From Candidatus Stercoripulliclostridium sp. (GTDB taxonomy: Bacteria > Bacillota > Clostridia > Christensenellales > DTU072): a stretch of DNA of 64,000 nucleotides. Positions 1 to 9,243 of the stretch are shown in pieces (positions within the stretch are counted from its first letter, which is position 1; the number at the start of each line of letters is the position of its first letter). The DNA lies in contig JAZQVF010000102.1 of NCBI GenBank assembly GCA_045631675.1, positions 315 through 64,314 on the forward strand, written 5' to 3'. The position numbers and the translations under genes were made by a program. Under the pieces are notes generated by a model that worked only from the letters and a program-made list of their open reading frames with translations, searched no databases and had not been told where the DNA came from.

Positions 1-2089
1 ATAGGCTTGTTAATACAGAGTTTAAGAAGACACTCTTACCAGTACCGGTAGAACCTGCTACCAACATATGTGGCATCTTAGTAATATCTGCTACGTAAGG
101 TGCTCCTTCTAAGGTTTTACCCATCGCAATCTTGAGCCCCTTATTGTCCTTATTAAATGCATCACTGCATAGAATGGACTTAAGACCTATGATGTCCCTC
201 TTGGAATTAGGCAATTCAATACCAAGGGCATCTTGGCCTTCAATAGGTGCATGTATGCGAAGATTTTTAACGCACAAACGCATCTTCAAGTTATCCTTGA
301 ATGATGGAATTTTAGAAAGTTTATACCCCTGCCCTACTTTTAAATAGTACATAGTAAACGTTGGACCTTTCTTTGCATCAAACACCTCTGCAGGAACGTC
401 AAATTCTTGCATCGTTTGATTTATTTTTCCCTTAACAATTTCGTAATCCTCTGGGAAGTCTGAATTACTTTCTTCATACGTTCTTAAAACATCATAACCT
501 GGTACCTTGTATGTTTTTGGAACGTATGGCTTTTTAGGCGTCTCTTTTTGCTCTGGAAGTACAGGCGCTTGCTCTTTAGCCATTACGTTAGAAGAATATA
601 CGGGCTTTGCCGGTTTAGGAGGAAGATTAAACTTCTCTTGAACGGGAACAGCGCGTTGAATGGGTTTAGATTGTATGGTAGGTTTAATTTCAACTTGCGC
701 TTGAACTGCTTTTTGTTCATTTACGGCGGTTCCAAACGGTAGTTTTTCTTCTTCAGCCATTTCTATCTCAATCTTCTCGTTTTCGAATAAAGAATTATTA
801 TCATTAGAAGGAGCGATTGAAGGAGAAACTTCTTCCTTATTACTTATTGCATAGGAATCATCATACATAAAAGCATTGTCTTTTATTTCAGTACGTTCAG
901 GACTACCAAAATCTAAATTAATAAGTTCTTCACCGCTTAAAGGAGTATTTATGAAGTCAAGAGCACGCGCCCTATCTGAGAAAATGTTCTTCTGAGGTGA
1001 AGGCTCAGAAAATACATTCTCGATTTGTGAGATAGATTCTATTTTTTCATGAGGTTGATATTGTGACAAATTAACAACACCTGCAAAATAATTATAAGAA
1101 TCGTTTGCTACTTGGTCGTAATCATTTGACTCTACATATTGATTATTTTGAACAAAGTTACCATACGATCCACTATTAGCATCGCTACCAAAACGTGCAT
1201 TGTATTCTTCTTGAGGTGAAAGTGGTTTTAAATTTTCTTCAACCATACGCATTCTTTCTTGATTACTAATAAATGCGTTATATCCACTTTCTGCTCCAAG
1301 AGTGTTAAGCGTCGTATATCTTTGTGCTGGAGGTGTTTTAGGGGTTTGTTTTCTTTCATTAACTCTATTTCCAAACAAAAGATCAGCGCTTTGGTCTGCC
1401 TTAGCACGACGTCTATCTGCATCAGTAGTTAGATCGGAAAACCATTCATTCCTATCACCACTAACGTTCACAACGCTATCATAGTTTTCATTATCAGAAA
1501 AGGAGCGAACTTGATCTTCGTTCTCATATGTGTTTAATTCACTTGTGTTTGAGGGAACGTATTCCTTTTTGGGGCCTTTACCATGCTTGGTTTCCTTAAC
1601 GCCATTGCCCATTAATAAAATTAATGGATAAAGTGCTACTAATCCTAATATGGCACTAATTACGAATGTTGCTGCAAGCATGATTCCATAATTGCCAGCG
1701 CAAATAAGTCTAAACAATGCTGCAATCAAACTAATCAATACGCCACCAACGGTATTTGCCGACTTATAGTTGTTAAAAATGTATGAGTCACCCTCAATCA
1801 ACTCTTTTGACAAACCGATATGTAGCGTAAGAACAATCATAAAGAATAAGGAAAAGTAGAGTACGGCACGACCAACAGATACGTTTGGTTTCTTTCCAAC
1901 TAAAAGTAGAATAGCACTCACAAGCATTGCGGGAAGGTATGCGTATATTGCATATCCAAAAACGCCATAAACAAAGTTCCTTAGTACATCAATGCATAAG
2001 AACAATACAAACAATGCAATAATACCAAACAAAACGTAGGCAACTCTTCTTTTCGCCATCTTTGTCTTTACGTTTAGCTCGTTACTCAT
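1..2089 (-). CDS. ftsK: DNA translocase FtsK/SpoIIIE, N-terminal ~696 codons (3' end runs off the window start)
   Basis: Absent from the ORF track because it has no in-window stop. My minus-strand translation from ATG 2089 (GGAGGA upstream) gives MSNELNVKTKMAKRRVAYVLFGIIALF..., then several hydrophobic segments and a long low-complexity linker. It ends with ...ADITKMPHMLVAGSTGTGKSVFLNSVLTSL (Walker A of the FtsK motor) at the window edge. The start overlaps the upstream peptidase stop by 8 nt (ATGAGTAA). Confidence 0.85.
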   Translation of the reverse strand, partial: MSNELNVKTKMAKRRVAYVLFGIIALFVLFLCIDVLRNFVYGVFGYAIYAYLPAMLVSAILLLVGKKPNVSVGRAVLYFSLFFMIVLTLHIGLSKELIEGDSYIFNNYKSANTVGGVLISLIAALFRLICAGNYGIMLAATFVISAILGLVALYPLILLMGNGVKETKHGKGPKKEYVPSNTSELNTYENEDQVRSFSDNENYDSVVNVSGDRNEWFSDLTTDADRRRAKADQSADLLFGNRVNERKQTPKTPPAQRYTTLNTLGAESGYNAFISNQERMRMVEENLKPLSPQEEYNARFGSDANSGSYGNFVQNNQYVESNDYDQVANDSYNYFAGVVNLSQYQPHEKIESISQIENVFSEPSPQKNIFSDRARALDFINTPLSGEELINLDFGSPERTEIKDNAFMYDDSYAISNKEEVSPSIAPSNDNNSLFENEKIEIEMAEEEKLPFGTAVNEQKAVQAQVEIKPTIQSKPIQRAVPVQEKFNLPPKPAKPVYSSNVMAKEQAPVLPEQKETPKKPYVPKTYKVPGYDVLRTYEESNSDFPEDYEIVKGKINQTMQEFDVPAEVFDAKKGPTFTMYYLKVGQGYKLSKIPSFKDNLKMRLCVKNLRIHAPIEGQDALGIELPNSKRDIIGLKSILCSDAFNKDNKGLKIAMGKTLEGAPYVADITKMPHMLVAGSTGTGKSVFLNSVLTSL

Positions 2090-3350
2090 TTTTTCCTCCT
2101 TTGATTATTGAGAACACGTCTGCACCCTCTTCGGGTCCAACGTACGATGCGGCAACGTTATCGTAATTAAAAATATCCACTATCGCTTTATTAACGTCAT
2201 CGATCGTAATTGAATTTATTGCAAGCAATCGTTTATCAACGTCAAACATTTCGCCTGTCATAATCATGTTTCTTCCGTTAGCACGCATTAAAGATAATGA
2301 GCTTTCGGAGCCTAAAACAAGATTAGTTTTTAATTGTTGAATACCCTTGTTAAACTCTTGAGCGTTTATGCCGTCTTTGCGAAGTTTATCTATTTCTTCT
2401 TTTATAGCTTCCGTTGCTTTGACCGCAGTTTTAGGATTTGTTCCAACGTAAATGGAAAACGCACCGTTATGCTTATCTGCGCTTACTATGGAGTAAACGT
2501 CATAAGCAAGCCCATATCTTTCCCTAACGTTTTGGAATAAACGAGAAGACATTCCACCACCAAATACGTTGCTAATTAAAGAAACGACTTCACGCTTTTG
2601 ATGACTAAAGGTATATGAAGGGAATGCAAATGCGACGTTAGCTTGTTCAGTAGATTTTTGTTTATAAAAATATGCAGAATGAGTGCTTGAATACTCAATA
2701 TCTTCAATCTGCCTATTTCCCTTAAAATTACACTCAAAATACTTCTTTGCTAATTCAATAACTTCTTCAGTCTTAAAACTACCTGCAATTGAAATTATAG
2801 TGTTAGATGGAACGTAATAAAGCTCCAAGTATTTCTTTATGTCAATAGACTTAAAACTATTAACGTTTTCACGAGAGCCAAGTATTGGTCTTCCCATAGG
2901 AGTATCGCCATAAAAGACGCTTGCTAATCCTTCGTTGCAAACATCCTCCGGGTCATCTTCATCACGACTAATTTCTTCAAGAATAACTTTACGCTCTTTG
3001 TCAATTTCTTCATCCAACAAAGTGGAATTAAACAGAATATCCGAAAGAACTTCCATACAATGCTCAGTATGCTCATCTGTGGAAATGGTATAATAGCAAG
3101 TCATATGACGAGCCGTAAAAGCATTTATTTGAGCGCCTACCGATTCCATCTCGTTAGCTATATCAAAAGCAGTACGCTTAGATGTTCCCTTGAAAAGCAT
3201 GTGTTCAGTAAAGTGAGAAATTCCGGATATTTCTTTGCTCTCGTTTGCAGCGCCTGCTCCAACGAATACACCAATAGCCACACTTCTTGTGTGCGCCATA
3301 GGACAAAGTGCTAATTGCAATCCATTTGAAAACTTATATATTCTATCCAT
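2082..3350 (-). CDS. M16-family zinc peptidase (MlpA/YmxG-like)
   Basis: 422 aa. Inverted zinc motif HFTEH (HxxEH) near the N-terminus and a pitrilysin-like two-domain length. The deacetylase-peptidase-ftsK order resembles the Bacillus ylxY-mlpA...spoIIIE neighbourhood. Confidence 0.85.
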   Translation of the reverse strand: MDRIYKFSNGLQLALCPMAHTRSVAIGVFVGAGAANESKEISGISHFTEHMLFKGTSKRTAFDIANEMESVGAQINAFTARHMTCYYTISTDEHTEHCMEVLSDILFNSTLLDEEIDKERKVILEEISRDEDDPEDVCNEGLASVFYGDTPMGRPILGSRENVNSFKSIDIKKYLELYYVPSNTIISIAGSFKTEEVIELAKKYFECNFKGNRQIEDIEYSSTHSAYFYKQKSTEQANVAFAFPSYTFSHQKREVVSLISNVFGGGMSSRLFQNVRERYGLAYDVYSIVSADKHNGAFSIYVGTNPKTAVKATEAIKEEIDKLRKDGINAQEFNKGIQQLKTNLVLGSESSLSLMRANGRNMIMTGEMFDVDKRLLAINSITIDDVNKAIVDIFNYDNVAASYVGPEEGADVFSIIKGGKNE

Positions 3351-3390
3351 AAGATTTGATTTTTATCCTCAATAAAAATTTGACATACAT

Positions 3391-3419
3391 AGTATAAACT
3401 AATTTCTAAAATATTTCAA
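3391..3419 (-). promoter_or_regulatory. sigma-A-like promoter for the peptidase-ftsK unit
   Basis: On the minus strand: TTGAAA, 17 nt, TATACT, about 40 nt upstream of the peptidase ATG. Confidence 0.45.
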
Positions 3420-3496
3420 TATATTTTAAAATAAATTATATAATAAATTGGACTGATGTCTTGAGCTAAAATTGACTTTTTTCAATGCAGATAAAC

Positions 3497-4210
3497 TCAC
3501 ACTTCGGTTGGATTTAAGCAACATGAAACAGGCTTTACGCTAAAACCTTTTTGATGCAAATTATTTAATATTTTGGGCAAAGCTTTTAGAGTATGCTCTG
3601 TGGGATGCAATAATATAAACTCCCCATTTTGGATATCTGAAGTTGCTCGTTTGAGTACTAAATTTTCATCTTTATCGCGCCAATCGATAGTATCTCTTGA
3701 CCACATAATTATCTTTTGGTCAAGAGATTTTGCTGCATCAAATAGAGTTTCTCCTAATGCACCAGAGGGTGGGGCGAACAACCTTACGTCGACCCCAACG
3801 ATCTCCTTGATCAGTTTATTCGTCATGTTAATTTCATCATAGTTTTCTTGTAAAGTTAATTTATTAGCTTCCTTATGTAAATATCCATGATTACCAATTT
3901 CATGCCCAGACTCGTATATCAAACGAAGTGTTTCAGGGTTTTTAGATGCCCATATGCCTCCTACAAAAAAGGTCGTCGTTGCATTATTTTCACTTAATAC
4001 ATTGAGTATTTGAGAAATATATTCCGTCCCCCAATACACGTTGAACATAAGAGAAACATATGGCTTTTCTCCATTTCCCCTATATATTGCAGTTCTTCCA
4101 GCCACTTCTTTGGTGCTAAAAACGCCAAAGCTTAAAAAGCCCACCACTGAAAGAACGCTTACAATAATTACGTTTATTACTACGTTTGCAACAAAATATT
4201 TTGTTTTCAT
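3497..4210 (-). CDS. polysaccharide deacetylase (NodB-homology domain; YlxY/PdaB-like, possibly sporulation-related)
   Basis: 237 aa. N-terminal TM helix followed by NodB motifs TFFVGG, HEIGNHGYLH, LFAPPSGA and ILLHP. Confidence 0.8.
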   Translation of the reverse strand: MKTKYFVANVVINVIIVSVLSVVGFLSFGVFSTKEVAGRTAIYRGNGEKPYVSLMFNVYWGTEYISQILNVLSENNATTTFFVGGIWASKNPETLRLIYESGHEIGNHGYLHKEANKLTLQENYDEINMTNKLIKEIVGVDVRLFAPPSGALGETLFDAAKSLDQKIIMWSRDTIDWRDKDENLVLKRATSDIQNGEFILLHPTEHTLKALPKILNNLHQKGFSVKPVSCCLNPTEV

Positions 4211-4240
4211 AAATAAACCTATATAATATAATTAATTATA

Positions 4241-4270
4241 TTGACAAATCGCGCGATTATGTTTTATATT
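4241..4270 (+). promoter_or_regulatory. glyQS promoter (TTGACA, 18 nt, TATATT) with CGCGCG in the spacer
   Basis: ttgacaaatCGCGCGattatgttttatatt, about 30 nt upstream of the glyQS ATG. An AGAGG SD lies at 4289-4293. Confidence 0.55.
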
Positions 4271-4298
4271 GTTATAAACAAAATTTTTAGAGGTAATT

Positions 4299-5684
4299 AT
4301 GGCAAAACTTACAATGGATAAACTCGTTGCTCTCTGTAAAAATAGAGGCTTTATATTTAGCGGTAGTGAAATTTACGGTGGACTTGCTAACACTTGGGAC
4401 TATGGTCCTCTCGGCTCTGAACTTAAGAGCAACATCAAAAAAGCTTGGTGGCAAAAGTTCGTAACCGAGAATCCTTTAAACGTTGGTGTTGACTGCGCCA
4501 TTCTTATGAACCCAAAAGTTTGGGAAGCAAGTGGTCATATCGGTGGTTTTAGCGATCCTCTAATGGACTGCAAATCATGCCATTCACGTCATCGCGCTGA
4601 CAATCTTGTAGAAGATTACATTGCAAAAAACAACCTTGACGTAAAAGTTGCTGGTTGGACCAACGAACAGTTTGAACAATTTATTGCTGACAATAAAATT
4701 AAATGTCCTATTTGTGGCAATGCAGATTTTACTGGAATTAGAAAGTTTAACCTTATGTTTAAAACTTTCCAAGGTGTTACCGAAGATAGCATCAACACCG
4801 TTTATCTTCGCCCTGAAACTGCTCAAGGTATCTTTGTAAATTTCAAGAACGTTCAACGTACTACAAGAAACAAAGTTCCTTTTGGTATAGCACAAATTGG
4901 TAAATCATTCCGTAATGAAATTACTCCTGGCAATTTCATCTTCCGTGTTAGAGAATTTGAGCAAATGGAACTTGAATTCTTCTGTGAACCCGGTACCGAT
5001 ATAGAATGGTTTAACTATTGGCGTCAATTCTGTAAGGATTGGCTTATTGGCCTTGGAATTAAGGAAGAAAATCTACGTCTTCGTGACCATGATAAAGAAG
5101 AACTTTGTTTCTACTCTAATGCTACAACGGACTTTGAATTCAAATTCCCATTTGGCTGGGGCGAACTTTGGGGTATAGCAGACAGAACGGATTACGATCT
5201 AAACCAACATATAAAGACTTCTGGTAAAGATTTAAGTTACATCGACCCTGTAACCAATAAAAAGTATATCCCCTACGTTATAGAGCCATCTCTCGGCGTT
5301 GAACGTATGGTATTAACCGTATTGTGTAATGCATACGATGAAGAAGAACTTGAAGGTGGAGATAGCCGTGTTGTATTACGTTTACATCCTACTCTTGCTC
5401 CTTATAAAGTAGCAGTACTACCTCTTCAAAAACAACTTAACGAAAAAGCTGATGAACTATATCGCGCTCTTATTAAAAAGTTCCCAACTGCTTACGACGC
5501 AAGTGCAAGTATTGGCAAGCGCTATAGAAGACAAGATGAAATCGGCACTCCCTATTGTGTTACCGTTGACTTTGACACACTTGAAGACAATACCGTTACC
5601 GTTCGTGAGCGTGATAGCATGACTCAAATCAGAATGAGTATAGATGAATTAATTCCATATCTTAACGAAAAAATTGCTTATTAG
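4299..5684 (+). CDS. glyQS: glycine--tRNA ligase (homodimeric alpha2 type)
   Basis: 461 aa. The N-terminus [39 protein letters not shown] is typical of GlyQS. Class II core and C-terminal anticodon-binding domain are both present at full length. Confidence 0.95.
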   Translation: MAKLTMDKLVALCKNRGFIFSGSEIYGGLANTWDYGPLGSELKSNIKKAWWQKFVTENPLNVGVDCAILMNPKVWEASGHIGGFSDPLMDCKSCHSRHRADNLVEDYIAKNNLDVKVAGWTNEQFEQFIADNKIKCPICGNADFTGIRKFNLMFKTFQGVTEDSINTVYLRPETAQGIFVNFKNVQRTTRNKVPFGIAQIGKSFRNEITPGNFIFRVREFEQMELEFFCEPGTDIEWFNYWRQFCKDWLIGLGIKEENLRLRDHDKEELCFYSNATTDFEFKFPFGWGELWGIADRTDYDLNQHIKTSGKDLSYIDPVTNKKYIPYVIEPSLGVERMVLTVLCNAYDEEELEGGDSRVVLRLHPTLAPYKVAVLPLQKQLNEKADELYRALIKKFPTAYDASASIGKRYRRQDEIGTPYCVTVDFDTLEDNTVTVRERDSMTQIRMSIDELIPYLNEKIAY

Positions 5685-5692
5685 GAGTAAAA

Positions 5693-6730
5693 ATGTTAAA
5701 GAAAATTAGTAAAAAAGCTTGGATTGAAATTGCAATATCTTTCGGCATTTTTGTAGCTATTGCTATTGTGACTGCTTTCTTTGATCTTGAAATCAACAAG
5801 GCACTTGATAACACCAAGTCATTATATGGACTATTCTTTGCAAACTTGGGCGAATTACCAACATATCTTGCTGCTCCAATTTTTGGTAGCATTCTTTTCT
5901 ACCAAGATTTCGGTAAAAGCACAAAACAAAAGTTAGTCATCAATAAAGTAGGTGGCGTTGCAATAACTTTTATTGGATATTTAGCCGCTATTTATATGTG
6001 GTTTTGGGATAACTTCGTTTCAACTGAAGTACTATACTCTATTGTTTATATAATTTTCTTTGCAATCATTATGACCACCCTTAGCATTTTTGCTATGCAT
6101 GCAATTCCTAAGGAAAAGCGAGAAAAAGTTTTCTGGTTTGCTCTCTTCCTTGCAATTGTGGCCGCTTTAGGTAATGCCATCGTGCAAGTTATGAAATTCA
6201 CGTGGGCAAGACAACGTTATCGTACGATGACTCCTGGCAACCCCCAATATGGTGAAGGATTGCACGAATTATATCCTAACTATGACTATGATGGATATAC
6301 CCCTTGGTATATAATTAACTCATTTAGCAAGCCTGCAATTCGTACTGAAGAATATATGGCACTATTTGATAAAGACCACATATCAAGCCCATTCCAGTCA
6401 TTCCCATCTGGACACACCGTTGCTGCAGCTGCAAGTTTTGGTCTAATTATAGTACCAGATCTTTTCCCAGAAGTTAAGAAAAATAAATGGGCATTCTGGT
6501 TTGCCCCAATTGCTTACACGGCACTCGTTGGTGTATCAAGAGTTGTAAATACGGCACACTACCTTTCTGACGCCCTATTCGGCTTCTATGTAGGTTTTGC
6601 TGTTGCAACACTTGCTCGCTTCATTCTTATTAATAAAGTTAAGCCTTATATGCCAATAGAAATATATTATAATGAAAATAAAATTGCCACAGAAGAATAT
6701 GTAATAATAGTTGAAGAAATTAAGGATTAA
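5693..6730 (+). CDS. PAP2-family membrane phosphatase
   Basis: 345 aa with multiple hydrophobic helices. Acid-phosphatase motifs SFPSGHT and SRVVNTAHYLSD (SRx5Hx3D). AGGAG SD; only 8 nt after the glyQS stop. Confidence 0.8.
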   Translation: MLKKISKKAWIEIAISFGIFVAIAIVTAFFDLEINKALDNTKSLYGLFFANLGELPTYLAAPIFGSILFYQDFGKSTKQKLVINKVGGVAITFIGYLAAIYMWFWDNFVSTEVLYSIVYIIFFAIIMTTLSIFAMHAIPKEKREKVFWFALFLAIVAALGNAIVQVMKFTWARQRYRTMTPGNPQYGEGLHELYPNYDYDGYTPWYIINSFSKPAIRTEEYMALFDKDHISSPFQSFPSGHTVAAAASFGLIIVPDLFPEVKKNKWAFWFAPIAYTALVGVSRVVNTAHYLSDALFGFYVGFAVATLARFILINKVKPYMPIEIYYNENKIATEEYVIIVEEIKD

Positions 6731-8369
6731 TCCTTTCAAAATTATTCTTTAACTCATTAAAGTCTACTTTATAAGTACCCGCTATGAGCTCCAATTGGGG
6801 CTCATAATTTTTTAATTTATGATATAATCCATGCGTAATGGCCTTCAATAAATTATCATCTACATCAGCGACGTTAACAGCAACAATAGAAATCGCCTTC
6901 ATTAAGGTTTGCGAATCAACCTCAAGAAGAGTAAACAGAATGTTTGGATATACTAAATTAAATATTCTTTCTTTTAAGCCACTTCCGTCATTAATCACCT
7001 TTCCGGCAAGTTGTGTACATATTACTCCAAGTTCAGATGGGATAACAAAAATCTTGTGTTTATTATTAAATGTAGATATATACCTGCTAATTAAGATAGT
7101 TTTAATTTCTAATCCCAAATATGGATTTTCAATACCCCAAACCAACAATTCTTCATAAAGGTTAGATGAAATAATGTTTTTGTTTGAAAGCAATTCCACC
7201 AGTTGATCTTCATCTAAAAAATTAAGACTACTTTTTAATAAATCAATATTCACTTTCACTAAACTTAAACTATTAAAATTTAATTCATTGATCATAAAGC
7301 CAATAGTTTGTTTTAAAAACAGATTATCCAGCACAGACAACCATGCACTTGTTCCATAACTATTAGTTGATGATGAATTAATAAGATAGTTTAAATACTT
7401 TACTTTAGGATTTGCGGTATGTACTTTGTTTGCAATCTTTAAATACTTTTCTACGTCTTTCCATTGATTAATAGATGCATAATGTGAAATTACTATCAAT
7501 AAGCATTTTGCATCGTATGCAAATTTTTCCAAAAGTACAGAAATGCATTTTTCAGCCCCTTTTAAATAACCTACCATTTGGGCTAATTCATAATGAGAAA
7601 TGATATTTTCTTTATCATTTATCTTTGCAAAATCCGACATTAGTTTTTCATATTCATTTTCAAACTCTTCGTTGATTATTTTGCCATTTAACTCATAAAT
7701 GGAATATAAGTAACCCTTAGCAACGTTAGAATTAACTGTGTTTTTTATTAGATAATTTTTTGCATATTCATACACATCTGCATAATCTCCTAAGCTTAAT
7801 TTTATTAATACTTTAAGCTCTAACGCTTTAGCGTCGAATGCACCCCAATTTTCACTATCTAATATTTTAAGAGCATCTTTACTTTTACCCTCAATAGCGA
7901 ATGTTTTCGCTAACTCAAGTTTTTTAATTATTTTCCTTTCTTTAACGTCAATAAATTCACAATTAGAATTAAAATCAAGTACTATATTTTGATACTTCTT
8001 AATAATTCTCTTTAAATGTACATTGTCTATGCTTTTGTTTTGAATATTAAAATAGACAGAATTGGGCATAGTTAATTCATTAGGATCTATTGGTTTACCC
8101 AATGAAGTTTGATGGCTATGTAATACAGCAAGTGCAACTTCCATTGTTAGGTGCTTTTCACAAAGGCTTATATATGTTGCTGTGCTTTCCTCAAATTGAC
8201 CCAATTTATAATATAATTCTGCGAGTTCAATATAGTATTGAGGCTTTGGATTAATTGAAATGGCCTCTTTAAGAAGATTTATTGCAAAAAGATAGTCTTG
8301 CTCTTCTATTTTTTTAAGAGCAAGACTAAAATTTAAATTTGCATCTACTTTATACTTTATTACACTCAC
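6720..8369 (-). CDS. hypothetical all-helical TPR-like protein
   Basis: 549 aa. The N-terminal part reads like TPR repeats (LFAINLLKEAISINPKPQYYIELAELYYKLGQFEES). GTG start forms a GTGA overlap with the hslO stop. No motif I can assign. Confidence 0.6.
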   Translation of the reverse strand: MSVIKYKVDANLNFSLALKKIEEQDYLFAINLLKEAISINPKPQYYIELAELYYKLGQFEESTATYISLCEKHLTMEVALAVLHSHQTSLGKPIDPNELTMPNSVYFNIQNKSIDNVHLKRIIKKYQNIVLDFNSNCEFIDVKERKIIKKLELAKTFAIEGKSKDALKILDSENWGAFDAKALELKVLIKLSLGDYADVYEYAKNYLIKNTVNSNVAKGYLYSIYELNGKIINEEFENEYEKLMSDFAKINDKENIISHYELAQMVGYLKGAEKCISVLLEKFAYDAKCLLIVISHYASINQWKDVEKYLKIANKVHTANPKVKYLNYLINSSSTNSYGTSAWLSVLDNLFLKQTIGFMINELNFNSLSLVKVNIDLLKSSLNFLDEDQLVELLSNKNIISSNLYEELLVWGIENPYLGLEIKTILISRYISTFNNKHKIFVIPSELGVICTQLAGKVINDGSGLKERIFNLVYPNILFTLLEVDSQTLMKAISIVAVNVADVDDNLLKAITHGLYHKLKNYEPQLELIAGTYKVDFNELKNNFERINP

Positions 8370-9238
8370 TTAATTTCTTCCTCAAATAAAAAATCAAGGT
8401 CTTTTTCGGTATATACGTAATTCTTTTTGCAATAGTCACACTTTATTTCAAGCATACCTTGCTCTTTCATTATATCTTCGATTTCAGTCCTTCCGAGTCC
8501 TCTAACAATTTTGCGAATTTTGTGCCAACAGTCGCATTTAAATCTTACTGTTTGGGCAGGGAAAAATTCAGCATCAAGATGGCCAAAATAATATTCCCCT
8601 ATTTCTTCAATGCCCTTTTCTGCAATCATTTGAGAAATATTTCCAAAGTTGGACATTATGTCTTCAAGAATAACAATTACGTTATCATCTGCATCGGGCA
8701 TCGCTTCAATAATAATGCCACCTGCGGCTTTACAACCATCTTTATCATTTAAAACGCCTAAAGCAACGGCATTAAGTATGCCTTCACTCTTGAATAGATA
8801 ATTATTATAATCTTCAGCAATTTCACCACTAATAAGTTGTGATCTTCCTACGTAAGGCTCTTTAAGACCCAAATCTTTAATTACAACAATATCTCCATCT
8901 CGACCTACAGCGCCACCAACGTTAAGTTTTCCATCTGCGCGTAAAGGTAAATCTACTTGTGGGTTCTCAACCAACCCCTTTACGGTGCCTACTCTATCTG
9001 AAGTTACGTAAATCTTCCCAATAGGGCCACCACCGTTAATAATTAGATTAAACTTATTAGTTTCGTGCTTAAGATTAGATTCTATATATGCGCCAACGGT
9101 CAACGATCTACCTAATGCAGCCGCTGCAAGTGGAGTTAGGTCGTGTACTTTTATTGCTTGATTAACAGTTTCAGTAGTTTCTATAAGTGCGACTCTTGCT
9201 TTTCCACCAAATAATACTGCTTTAATTATTTTATCCAT
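8366..9238 (-). CDS. hslO: redox-regulated chaperone Hsp33
   Basis: 290 aa. C-terminal zinc/redox switch cysteines CDCWHK...CDYCKK (CxC...CxxC). Confidence 0.9.
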   Translation of the reverse strand: MDKIIKAVLFGGKARVALIETTETVNQAIKVHDLTPLAAAALGRSLTVGAYIESNLKHETNKFNLIINGGGPIGKIYVTSDRVGTVKGLVENPQVDLPLRADGKLNVGGAVGRDGDIVVIKDLGLKEPYVGRSQLISGEIAEDYNNYLFKSEGILNAVALGVLNDKDGCKAAGGIIIEAMPDADDNVIVILEDIMSNFGNISQMIAEKGIEEIGEYYFGHLDAEFFPAQTVRFKCDCWHKIRKIVRGLGRTEIEDIMKEQGMLEIKCDYCKKNYVYTEKDLDFLFEEEIK

Positions 9239-9243
9239 ATTAA

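Noticed and set aside
132-1484. Small track ORFs (132-347, 548-742, 1228-1422, 1302-1484) in a region with no long listed ORF
   Set aside because: The region is fully explained by the minus-strand ftsK gene. That gene is missing from the track only because it runs off the window edge. The small ORFs are out-of-frame or antisense artefacts.
3379-3384. + strand TTGACA in the peptidase/deacetylase intergenic region as a promoter for an unannotated + strand transcript
   Set aside because: There is no acceptable -10 at 16-18 nt spacing, and no downstream ORF or structured RNA on the + strand.
4211-4298. T-box, L-box or purine riboswitch leaders upstream of glyQS, asd (10324-10464) and guaB (29518-29713)
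   Set aside because: The untranslated regions downstream of the predicted promoters are only about 30-35 nt. I saw no specifier-loop, T-box, lysine or purine riboswitch conserved cores.
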